Shown piece after piece: positions 39,936 to 48,651 of a stretch of DNA of 64,000 nt. Numbering within the stretch: the stretch's first letter is position 1; every line of letters begins with the position of its first letter. Both the position numbers and the translations under genes were made by a program. The stretch spans positions 719 through 64,718 of the forward strand of contig CACMYX010000005.1 in the NCBI GenBank assembly GCA_902618015.1. Reading direction: 5' to 3'. Below the pieces are notes generated by a model, which did no database searches, was not told where the DNA came from, and saw nothing but the letters and a program-made list of their open reading frames with translations. The stretch is from an uncultured Alphaproteobacteria bacterium (GTDB lineage: Bacteria > Pseudomonadota > Alphaproteobacteria > HIMB59 > GCA-002718135).

Positions 39936-41091
39936 GTTCTCTTATATAAAAATTATAAAGTTATATCTATTTTTAATTCCAGTATGTTTTTTAAATTTAT
40001 TTTCAACATCTTCTATTAGTCATGAAATCAAGCCATCTATTGCAGATTTTACTTATAATGAAAGTTATTTGAATTTTAAAATAAGATTAAACGCTGAATT
40101 GATATTATCTAATATTGATGCATCTACTGTTTCTAATACAGACTCTTCATCACTAAGTGAAATTTATGATGAATTTAGAATTTTAAGTAAAAAAGACCTT
40201 GAAGAAATGTTTCAAAATTCTTGGAGTGAAATAAGTTCTAATATTGATATTAAAATTAATAATGAAACAAAGAAAATAAATTTAATTAAAACTGAAGTTG
40301 AAGATATAAAAAATTTTGAAATAAGTAGAGATACGCATGTTTATTTTAAAGTTTTATTGGATGAAAATTCTGAACAATTTACATTTAGATGGGTTAAAAA
40401 CTACGGCCCAATTATTCTAAGAGAGAATAATAATAACAAATTAGAAGATGAATTAGTTACAGAATATTTGCAATCAGGAATTGAATCAAGTCAATTTTCG
40501 TTTAAGGAAAATAATTTTAGTAAAACATTTAATAGCTTCACAAAATTTTTTGTATTAGGAATTCAACATATAATTCCAAAAGGATTAGATCATATTTTAT
40601 TTATATTTGGACTTTTTTTATTTTCATCATCTTTAAAAAAATTAATTTCTCAAATAACTATTTTTACTATTGCTCATTCAATTACCCTTATATTTGTTTC
40701 TTTATCTTTAATGAGAATCAATCCTCAAATTGTTGAGCCTATAATTGCACTTTCTATAGTTTATATAGGAATAGAAAATATTTTTAAAAAATATATAAAA
40801 GAATATTTGAGATATGTTGTAATTTTATTTTTTGGATTACTTCATGGTTTAGGATTTGCATTGGTTTTGAGTGATATAGGTTATAGGAGTACAGACTTAT
40901 TTATAAATCTTGTATCTTTTAATATTGGCATTGAAGTAGCGCAAATATCTATAGTATTGGTTTTATATCTATTGATTGCTTTAAATTTTGCAAAAAATAA
41001 AAATTACAGAATCTTATTTCAAGTTCCATCTTCTATATTAATTTCTAGTATTGGGTTATATTGGTTTTTTGAAAGAATTAATTTTATTTGA
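39934..41091 (+). CDS. HupE/UreJ_2-family membrane protein with an N-terminal periplasmic domain
   Basis: 385 aa with a signal peptide, the mature N-terminus HEIKPS, and a periplasmic domain of about 180 aa. The C-terminal polytopic domain carries GIQHIIPKGLDHILFIFGLFLF and LLHGLGFA motifs characteristic of HupE/UreJ-type metal permeases. Confidence 0.7.
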   Translation: MFSYIKIIKLYLFLIPVCFLNLFSTSSISHEIKPSIADFTYNESYLNFKIRLNAELILSNIDASTVSNTDSSSLSEIYDEFRILSKKDLEEMFQNSWSEISSNIDIKINNETKKINLIKTEVEDIKNFEISRDTHVYFKVLLDENSEQFTFRWVKNYGPIILRENNNNKLEDELVTEYLQSGIESSQFSFKENNFSKTFNSFTKFFVLGIQHIIPKGLDHILFIFGLFLFSSSLKKLISQITIFTIAHSITLIFVSLSLMRINPQIVEPIIALSIVYIGIENIFKKYIKEYLRYVVILFFGLLHGLGFALVLSDIGYRSTDLFINLVSFNIGIEVAQISIVLVLYLLIALNFAKNKNYRILFQVPSSILISSIGLYWFFERINFI

Positions 41092-41192
41092 TCAATTTCG
41101 TACCACCTACGTACCACTTTGAATCAAAATTTGATCAATTAATTAGTGTAATCCTACTTTGTTTTATGTTAAATAATATTTTATAGAAGCGG

Positions 41193-41220
41193 GTAAAACT
41201 AGTTTTTACTTGATTTTTTT
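41193..41220 (+). terminator. Weak candidate intrinsic terminator after the HupE-like gene
   Basis: The stem is GTAAAA (41193-98) paired with TTTTAC (41204-09), with loop CTAGT, followed by TTGATTTTTTT. The stem is AT-only, so stability is low. Confidence 0.3.
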
Positions 41221-41256
41221 TAAGTTAGAAAGGTCAACTTTGAAAGAACAACAACA

Positions 41257-41348
41257 GGAGAGATGGGTGAGTGGCTTAAACCACAGGTTTGCTAAACCTG
41301 CGAAGGAAGTAATTCCTTCCGAGGGTTCGAATCCCTCTCTCTCCGCCA
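41257..41348 (+). tRNA. tRNA-Ser (anticodon GCU), long variable arm, CCA encoded
   Basis: The acceptor stem is GGAGAGA/TCTCTCC. The anticodon stem-loop is CAGGT-TTGCTAA-ACCTG, giving anticodon GCT. The variable arm is long (GAAGGAAGTAATTCCTTCC). The T arm is GAGGG-TTCGAAT-CCCTC, followed by discriminator G and CCA. Confidence 0.93.
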
Positions 41349-41355
41349 TATAAAA

Positions 41356-42228
41356 ATGTTTAAAGGAAGTATACCCGCAGTTATTACTCCATTTGATGGC
41401 GATAAAGTTGACTACAATTCGTTAACTAAAGTTTTAACTTACTTAATTGATAATGGATCTCATGGGCTTGTTCCATGTGGAACGACAGGTGAGTCACCAA
41501 CATTATCGCATGATGAGCATAAAAAAATAATTGAGGAAACAATTAGAGTTGCTGATAAAAGAGTTCCTGTTATAGCAGGGACTGGTTCAAATAATACTTT
41601 AGAAGCTTTAGAATATACAACTCATGCTGAAAACTCAGGAGCAGATGCTGCTTTAATTGTTACACCATATTATAATAAACCAACTCAATCTGGGCTATAT
41701 GAGCATTTTAAAATAATTGCTGAAAAAACTAATATACCAATAATAATATATAACATACCTGGTAGATCAGTTGTTGATATGACAATTGATACCATGATCG
41801 AATTATCAAAAATTAATAACATCATTGGAGTTAAAGATGCTACTAATGATTTATTTAGGCCATTAATTACTAGAAAAAAAATGCAAAATCAGTTTTGTTA
41901 TCTTTCTGGAGAAGACGGAACAGCATTAGCATATTTAGCACAAGGAGGACATGGCTGTATTTCAGTTACAGCTAATGTAGCACCAAAATTATGTTCAGAA
42001 ATGCATTCTGCTTGGCAAGAATCAAATATTTCTAAAGCTCAAGAAATTAATCTAAAATTATCTTCATTGCATAATGCTTTATTTATTGAATCTAGTCCCG
42101 GACCAGTAAAGTATGCTGCTTCATTGTTGGGTTTATGTAAAAGAAATACAAGATTGCCTTTAACTGACATTAAAGATGACACAAAAAAACTAGTAAAAGA
42201 TTGCCTTCAAGAATTACAACTTTTATAA
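41356..42228 (+). CDS. dapA: 4-hydroxy-tetrahydrodipicolinate synthase
   Basis: 290 aa (AVITPF, VPCGTTGESPTLS, YNKPTQ, GVKDAT). Confidence 0.95.
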   Translation: MFKGSIPAVITPFDGDKVDYNSLTKVLTYLIDNGSHGLVPCGTTGESPTLSHDEHKKIIEETIRVADKRVPVIAGTGSNNTLEALEYTTHAENSGADAALIVTPYYNKPTQSGLYEHFKIIAEKTNIPIIIYNIPGRSVVDMTIDTMIELSKINNIIGVKDATNDLFRPLITRKKMQNQFCYLSGEDGTALAYLAQGGHGCISVTANVAPKLCSEMHSAWQESNISKAQEINLKLSSLHNALFIESSPGPVKYAASLLGLCKRNTRLPLTDIKDDTKKLVKDCLQELQLL

Positions 42229-42675
42229 ATGAAAATTATTGCCGCTAACAATAGGGCTAATTACAATTTTACAATTTCTAATAAGATAGAAGCTGGTATT
42301 GTATTAACTGGATCTGAAGTCAAATCTTTACGTATTAATACAGGTTCTATTAGGGGATCATATATTATAGAAAAAAATGGTGAGTTATGGCTTTCAAACT
42401 CTTTTATTAAAAAATATCAAAATTCTTCTAATAACAATTACGATCCAAGTAGAAATAGAAAATTATTAGTTACAAAAAGAGAATTTGATAAAATATCAGG
42501 GTCAATTAAACAAGGTGGTTTTACAATAATACCACTCTCTTTGTACTTCTCTGACAAAGGTTTTGCGAAGTTATCTTGTGGAATTGCAAAAGGTAAGAAA
42601 AAAATAGATAAAAGAGAGTCAATAAAACAAAGGGATTGGAATATAAAAAAGCAAAGATTACTTAAAAATAATTAA
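42229..42675 (+). CDS. smpB: SsrA-binding protein SmpB
   Basis: 148 aa ([35 protein letters not shown]). Confidence 0.93.
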   Translation: MKIIAANNRANYNFTISNKIEAGIVLTGSEVKSLRINTGSIRGSYIIEKNGELWLSNSFIKKYQNSSNNNYDPSRNRKLLVTKREFDKISGSIKQGGFTIIPLSLYFSDKGFAKLSCGIAKGKKKIDKRESIKQRDWNIKKQRLLKNN

Positions 42676-42712
42676 CTATTTACTTTTAACAATTGATCAC
42701 TATAAGCCTCAT

Positions 42713-43123
42713 ATGGCTAGGATTACAGTAGAAGATTGTATTGATAAATTTCCAAGCAGGTTTGAATTAGTTCTGGTTGCATCAAATAGAGCAAGAAAAC
42801 TATATTCAGGAGAAAATCCAACAGTTGAAGTTGATAATGATAAAAATACTGTTATTGCGCTCAGAGAGATAGCAGAAGAAACTTTAACTACAGAGGAATT
42901 AAAAAATAATTTAATTGCTGAATACCAAACTAATACATTTAGCGAAGATGAAGATATAAATGAAATAGAAGATAATAGTGAAAAAAATCAATCTGAAGTT
43001 AACAATAATGAAGAGAGCGAAACAGATCAACATGATGAAAATGTAGATCAATCTATAAATGAATCATCTACTGATGTTTCAAAAGATAATTTAGTAAATT
43101 CTTCAGATGAAGATAAACTTTGA
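42713..43123 (+). CDS. rpoZ: RNA polymerase omega subunit with a long acidic C-terminal tail
   Basis: 136 aa. The N-terminal roughly 70 aa match RpoZ ([30 protein letters not shown]). The remaining roughly 65 aa are a low-complexity tail rich in E, D, N and S. Confidence 0.88.
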   Translation: MARITVEDCIDKFPSRFELVLVASNRARKLYSGENPTVEVDNDKNTVIALREIAEETLTTEELKNNLIAEYQTNTFSEDEDINEIEDNSEKNQSEVNNNEESETDQHDENVDQSINESSTDVSKDNLVNSSDEDKL

Positions 43124-43175
43124 GGTTAATAATAAAGTTAAATTATAATTTAAGTAAATAATCTAAAAATTATTT

Positions 43176-45299
43176 ATGGTAAAAGAAATTCATAAAGAAA
43201 TAGATCTAATTACTTCATATCTCAATACTGAAGAAAAAGATAAAGTTAGACAAGCACTTAAATTAAGTGAGGAAGCACATAGTAATCAGCTTAGAAAATC
43301 AGGAGATCCTTTTATAACTCACCCACTGGAAGTTGCAAAAATTTTAACTTCAATTAAATTAGATGCTGACTCCATTGTTGCTGGTCTTCTTCATGATACT
43401 TTGGAAGATACGAATTTAAATATTAATGAAATAAATAAAAATTTTGGTAATCAAATTGTAGAGCTTGTTGACGGTTTAACAAAAATTAACAAATATTCAT
43501 TAAAGGTTAACAATCAAAAATTTGGGGAAAATTATAAAAAGTTAATTTTAGCCACAACAAAAGATTTAAGAGTTATTTTAGTAAAATTAGCTGATAGATT
43601 ACATAACATGAGAACAATAGAATTTATTAAAGATGAAAATAAAAAAACTAAAATAGCTTTAGAAACATTAGAAGTGTTTGCTCCTTTAGCTCAACGATTA
43701 GGTATGAAAGAATGGCAAGATGAATTAGAAGATATTTCTTTTGAAGTAATAAATCCTGATGCAAAAAATACAATTATAGAAAGATTGGAATACCTAAAAT
43801 CAAAAGATGATAATATTATAGATGAAATTAGATATGAATTAAAAAATATTTTTTTTCAAGAGGATTTATTTTGTAAAGTAGAAGGTAGAATAAAATCACC
43901 ATATTCAATATGGAATAAAATTAAAAATAAAAATATTTCTTTTGAGCAACTTTCGGATGTTATGGCTTTTAGAGTGATTACTAATTCAACTAGAGAGTGT
44001 TATAGATGTCTAGGTATAATTCATAGACAATATCCATATATTCAGGGAAGGTTTAAAGATTTTATATCTGCTCCTAAGTCAAATGGCTATAGAGCATTAC
44101 ATACATCAGTTATGGGGCCAAAAAATAAAAAAATTGAAATTCAATTTCGTTCGAACATAATGGATCAAATTGCAGATTTTGGTGTTGCATCTCATTGGAA
44201 ATATAAGGATCCAAAAAAAATCAAAGAAAAAGATGCAAAAGAATATAAGTGGGTCCATGATTTAGTAGACTCAATGAATTCTTCAGTCTCTCAAGATGAA
44301 TTAATTCAAAATTCAAAATTAAAAGTTTTTCAGAATGATATTTTTGTTTTTACTCCAAAAGGAGATCTTTTTGAATTACCAAAAAATGCTACTCCTATAG
44401 ATTTTGCTTATGCTATTCATAGTCAAATAGGTGATAAATGTGTAGCAGCTAAAATTAATGATAAACTACAACCATTAAAAACAATTTTAAAAAATGGTGA
44501 TCAGATAGAAATTATTACATCAGAAACTTCACAGCCTTCACCTTTATGGCAAAGATTTGCAGTAACTACAAAAGTTAAATCACAATTAAGAAGGTTTTTT
44601 AGATTTAAGAAGAAAGAAGAACACATTATTTTTGGTAGAGAAATATTATTAAACTATTTTCAAAAAGAAAATTATGAATTTAATAAAAAAATTGAACAAA
44701 AAATACTTGATGATTTTAATTATAGATCAATTGATGAATTATATGCTTTAATAGGTTCAGGAGAAATTACAGCACTATCTGTAATTAAAAAAATTTATCC
44801 TGAGTATAACTATATTCCAGTTACTAAATTTAATGAAAAAACTCAAAATCCTATTAAGTTAAAAGGTCTGACCGCTGGAATGTCTTATCATTTAGCTGGA
44901 TGCTGTTCACCATTAAAAGGAGATAGTATAGTAGGTATTGTAACCGCTGGAATAGGAGTTGCTGTTCATACACTTGATTGCGACACTCTTGCATCATATC
45001 AAGATACGCCAGATAGATGGTTAAATATCTCTTGGGATAATCAAAGTAATCTAGAAACTGTATCAAATTCAAGAATTGTAGTAGTGTTATTCAATAAACC
45101 TGGAAGCCTTGGAAAGGTTACAACAGTAATTGCAAAAAATAATGGAAATATTTCAAACATACTTTTTTCGGTTAGGAAACCTGATTTTTTTGAAATTATT
45201 ATAGATATTGAAGTTAGAGATGCTAATCATTTGCAAAATATTATTGCTGCACTAAGAATGGAAAAAGAAGTATCTTCCTTGGAGAGATTAAAGGGTTAA
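43176..45299 (+). CDS. spoT: Bifunctional (p)ppGpp synthetase/hydrolase (RelA/SpoT homologue)
   Basis: 707 aa with the HD hydrolase domain (HPLEVA...LLHDTLEDT), the synthetase domain (GRIKSPYSIWNKI, YRALHTSV), and TGS and ACT regions. Confidence 0.95.
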   Translation: MVKEIHKEIDLITSYLNTEEKDKVRQALKLSEEAHSNQLRKSGDPFITHPLEVAKILTSIKLDADSIVAGLLHDTLEDTNLNINEINKNFGNQIVELVDGLTKINKYSLKVNNQKFGENYKKLILATTKDLRVILVKLADRLHNMRTIEFIKDENKKTKIALETLEVFAPLAQRLGMKEWQDELEDISFEVINPDAKNTIIERLEYLKSKDDNIIDEIRYELKNIFFQEDLFCKVEGRIKSPYSIWNKIKNKNISFEQLSDVMAFRVITNSTRECYRCLGIIHRQYPYIQGRFKDFISAPKSNGYRALHTSVMGPKNKKIEIQFRSNIMDQIADFGVASHWKYKDPKKIKEKDAKEYKWVHDLVDSMNSSVSQDELIQNSKLKVFQNDIFVFTPKGDLFELPKNATPIDFAYAIHSQIGDKCVAAKINDKLQPLKTILKNGDQIEIITSETSQPSPLWQRFAVTTKVKSQLRRFFRFKKKEEHIIFGREILLNYFQKENYEFNKKIEQKILDDFNYRSIDELYALIGSGEITALSVIKKIYPEYNYIPVTKFNEKTQNPIKLKGLTAGMSYHLAGCCSPLKGDSIVGIVTAGIGVAVHTLDCDTLASYQDTPDRWLNISWDNQSNLETVSNSRIVVVLFNKPGSLGKVTTVIAKNNGNISNILFSVRKPDFFEIIIDIEVRDANHLQNIIAALRMEKEVSSLERLKG

Positions 45300-45301
45300 A
45301 T

Positions 45302-45688
45302 ATGATACATGGTAATGGAATAGATATTATTAATATTTATAGAATAAGAAGAGTAATAAAAAAATACGGGAATAGATTTAAAAAAAGATGTTTTACTATT
45401 TCTGAGATAGAAAGATCGGAGAAAAGATTAAATTCGATAGAATCTTATGCAAAAAGATATGCTGCCAAAGAAGCTTGTGCTAAAGCTTTAGGTACAGGCT
45501 TAGCAAGAGGTGTATTTTGGAAAGATATTGAAGTTGAAAATAACCAATATGGTAAGCCATTTATAAAACTTCATGGTAAAGCAAAAGCAATTTTTAAAAA
45601 TATAAATAAAGCTTCAAATTTACAAATAGAATTATCACTTTCTGATGAAAAAAAATATGCAATAGCAAATGTGACAATTTATGAATAA
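45302..45688 (+). CDS. acpS: Holo-[acyl-carrier-protein] synthase
   Basis: 128 aa (GNGIDIINI, RYAAKEACAKALGTG). Confidence 0.9.
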   Translation: MIHGNGIDIINIYRIRRVIKKYGNRFKKRCFTISEIERSEKRLNSIESYAKRYAAKEACAKALGTGLARGVFWKDIEVENNQYGKPFIKLHGKAKAIFKNINKASNLQIELSLSDEKKYAIANVTIYE

Positions 45689-46415
45689 AGCAAAAAAAAA
45701 TAGTTTTTTTGGTAATTTGAAATCAATACTTATAGCAATCTTTATCGCTTTATTAATTAGATCATTTATATTTGAGCCATTTAATATTCCTTCAGGATCA
45801 ATGAAACCAAATCTTCTTGTAGGAGATTTTATTTTTGTTTCAAAATATTCATATGGCTTCTCTAAACATTCTCTTCCATTTTCAATACCTTTAATACCTA
45901 GGAAAATATTTTCAAATAGTCCAGAGAGAGGTGATGTAGTAGTTTTTAAAACTCCTGAAAATAATCGAACTGATTATATTAAAAGAGTAATAGGTCTACC
46001 AGGTGATAAAATAGAAATAAAAAATGGTATTATTTTTATTAACGGATCAGAAATTTTAAGAAAAAAATTAAATGATTTTATAGATACAGATAATAAAACG
46101 AGCAATAAAAGAGTTAGGATGTATAATGAATATTTTTTTAACAAAGAGATCAATATACTTGATATAACAGACAATGGTATAGCTGATAATACCCAGCTCT
46201 TTAATGTTCCAGAAAAACATTTTTTTGTTATGGGCGATAATAGAGATAATTCACAAGATAGTAGATTTTTAAGTACTGTTGGTTTCATTCCTTATGAAAA
46301 TTTGGTTGGTAAAGCCCAGTTTATTTTCTTTTCTTTAGAAAATTCAAGATTTCTCCAGATATGGAAATGGCCTAATTCAATTAGATATGAAAGAATTTTT
46401 CAAAAAATTCAATGA
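45681..46415 (+). CDS. lepB: Signal peptidase I
   Basis: 244 aa with the catalytic Ser (IPSGSMKPNL), the Lys box (YIKRVIGLPGD) and GDNRDNSQDSR. Confidence 0.94.
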   Translation: MNKAKKNSFFGNLKSILIAIFIALLIRSFIFEPFNIPSGSMKPNLLVGDFIFVSKYSYGFSKHSLPFSIPLIPRKIFSNSPERGDVVVFKTPENNRTDYIKRVIGLPGDKIEIKNGIIFINGSEILRKKLNDFIDTDNKTSNKRVRMYNEYFFNKEINILDITDNGIADNTQLFNVPEKHFFVMGDNRDNSQDSRFLSTVGFIPYENLVGKAQFIFFSLENSRFLQIWKWPNSIRYERIFQKIQ

Positions 46416-47119
46416 TTGATAGTAAAAAACTTAAATTATTTGAAAAAAAAATAAATTATAGATTTAAAAATAGTAAATTGTTAATTCTATCTTTAACTCA
46501 CCCCAGCTTTTATTTAGAAAATGAAAAAAAAATTCAAATCAATGAATTTGAAAGGTTTGAATTTTTAGGTGACCGAGTATTGGGATTAATAATAGCAAAT
46601 CTATTATTCTCAAAATATAAAAAGTTTAATGAAGGTGATTTATCTAAAAAATATTCATATTTAGTTCAAAAAAAATTTCTATTCAAAATTTCAAAAGAAT
46701 TGCAAATAGAAGATGTGCTTCAATACAACTTCAAGAAAAAAAATAATAAAATGTTAAATTCAATTTTTTCAGATTCAGTTGAATCGTTAATTGGAGCTAT
46801 TTTTATAGATGGGGGATATAAGCCATCATTTGATTTTATTAGTAAATTTTGGACAAAATATCTAGATATTGAAGTTTCCAAAACCTTAGATCCAAAAACA
46901 TTATTACAAGAAAAATCGCAACAACTTTATAAAAAACTTCCAGAATATAAATTAATAAAAAAAGAAGGACCGCCTCATTCACCTACATTCACTGTTTCAG
47001 TTAAAATAGTAAATTTAAGTAAGATCAATTCAAAAGGCTCCTCAATAAGAGAGGCAGAGAGAAATGCTGCAGAAATTGCATTAAAAAAAATTAATGAAAA
47101 GAAAAATATTAAAAATTAG
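46412..47119 (+). CDS. rnc: Ribonuclease III
   Basis: 235 aa with the RNase III signature (FERFEFLGDRVLG) and a C-terminal dsRBD. Confidence 0.93.
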   Translation: MIDSKKLKLFEKKINYRFKNSKLLILSLTHPSFYLENEKKIQINEFERFEFLGDRVLGLIIANLLFSKYKKFNEGDLSKKYSYLVQKKFLFKISKELQIEDVLQYNFKKKNNKMLNSIFSDSVESLIGAIFIDGGYKPSFDFISKFWTKYLDIEVSKTLDPKTLLQEKSQQLYKKLPEYKLIKKEGPPHSPTFTVSVKIVNLSKINSKGSSIREAERNAAEIALKKINEKKNIKN

Positions 47120-47951
47120 TCTTGTAGGTAAGACTAATGCAGGTAAGTCAACTTTATTAAATAATCTTGTTGGAGAAAAAATTTCAATAACAAATAAAAA
47201 AATTAATACGACTGAAGATTTTGTAATTGGTATTGTTAATATTAAAAATATTCAACTTGTTCTATATGATACACCTGGTATTAGCTTTCTTAAAGATAAT
47301 AAATCTCAAAAAACTAAATTGAAGAAAAATTTATGGGAAGGCTTAAATCAATCAGATATTATTTTATATTTAATTGACTCAAAAAAAATTGAATTTAATG
47401 ATTTAAAAAATGATTTTCCTAAACTTTATGAATTAAAAAAGAACATTTCAATTATTTTTAATAAAACCGATTTGATAAAAGCAGAAAATTTACTAAAGTA
47501 TATAAAATTAATTACAGAAAAATATAAAATTGAAAAATTTTTTAATATATCAGCTAAAAAAAAATTAGGTTTTGAAAATTTAATTGATTATCTTTTACAA
47601 AAATCAAAATATGGAAAGTGGCTATATAATGATGATGAAATCACAGATAAAGATGATATTTTTATCACTAATGAATGTACAAGAAATGAGATACTATCAT
47701 TAATTCATAAAGAAATTCCATATAATATAGAAGTAATTAATAAAACTTTTAAATTTTTGAAAAATGGACAGTTAAAAATAAAGCAAAATATTATTATTAA
47801 AAATGACAGATACAAAAAAATATTATTAGGTAGAAATGGATCTAAAATAAAAGATATTAGAATAAAAAGTCAAAAAGAAATTTCTAAGATTTTAGATGTA
47901 AAAACACATCTTTATATTAATATTATTTCATCAGATGCAAAAAAAATTTAA
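47094..47951 (+). CDS. era: GTPase Era
   Basis: 285 aa with G1 (GKTNAGKST), G3 (DTPG), G4 (NKTD) and a C-terminal KH domain. Confidence 0.9.
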   Translation: MKRKILKISLVGKTNAGKSTLLNNLVGEKISITNKKINTTEDFVIGIVNIKNIQLVLYDTPGISFLKDNKSQKTKLKKNLWEGLNQSDIILYLIDSKKIEFNDLKNDFPKLYELKKNISIIFNKTDLIKAENLLKYIKLITEKYKIEKFFNISAKKKLGFENLIDYLLQKSKYGKWLYNDDEITDKDDIFITNECTRNEILSLIHKEIPYNIEVINKTFKFLKNGQLKIKQNIIIKNDRYKKILLGRNGSKIKDIRIKSQKEISKILDVKTHLYINIISSDAKKI

Positions 47952-48651
47952 CGGTATTCTTATACATTCTAAAGTTTTCAAAGATAATGATCTATTAATT
48001 AAATTTTTGTCAGATACAGATGAGGTAATTTCAGGAATTGTATACGGGGGACTTTCAAAGAATAAGAAAAATATAATGCAACTTGGTTTTTTTTTAAAAT
48101 TTGATGTAACATACATTGGGAATCGCCCACCATCAATAAAAGCAGAATTATCAAAACCCTATTTATCTGTCGTTATTAATGATAAATATAAACTAAGCTG
48201 TTTACTTTCTGTTGTGTCTTTAATTAATGCCTCAGTAATTGAAGGACAGAAGATAAATCAAATATATAAAATTTCTAAAGAGTTTTTAGAAATAATGATT
48301 AATAAAAAAAAATGGTTAAACTTCTTTTGTATCTACTTATTTGATTTACTTAAATATATAGGATACGAATTAGATTATGTTAACAATAATAGATTAAAAT
48401 ATTTTGATACAGATACTTTAGAATTTAAAGAAAATTACTCAAACTATACTATTGATTTTCCTCATCATCTTTTTGTGAATAATTCAAATGTTACATTTGA
48501 TTATAACTCTTTGAATAATTTTTTTAAAATTTTTGAAATTATTTTTATCAAAAATCATTTATCAAATTTAAATCATAAATTGCCAAATCAGTATATTTTA
48601 TTTAAGAAAAATATAATCAGTTTTTTAGAAAAAAATGAACAAAATAATTGA
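47935..48651 (+). CDS. recO: DNA repair protein RecO
   Basis: 238 aa with an N-terminal OB-fold pattern (GILIHSKVFKDNDLLIKFLSD). It follows era in the conserved rnc-era-recO order. The sequence is divergent, so the call is partly by synteny. Confidence 0.78.
   Translation: MQKKFNGILIHSKVFKDNDLLIKFLSDTDEVISGIVYGGLSKNKKNIMQLGFFLKFDVTYIGNRPPSIKAELSKPYLSVVINDKYKLSCLLSVVSLINASVIEGQKINQIYKISKEFLEIMINKKKWLNFFCIYLFDLLKYIGYELDYVNNNRLKYFDTDTLEFKENYSNYTIDFPHHLFVNNSNVTFDYNSLNNFFKIFEIIFIKNHLSNLNHKLPNQYILFKKNIISFLEKNEQNN

Noticed and set aside
41257-42228. A possible genomic island or prophage integrated at tRNA-Ser.
   Set aside because: The 3' side of the tRNA runs straight into core genes (dapA, smpB, rpoZ, spoT) after 7 nt. 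I found no integrase and no duplicated copy of the tRNA 3' end in the window.
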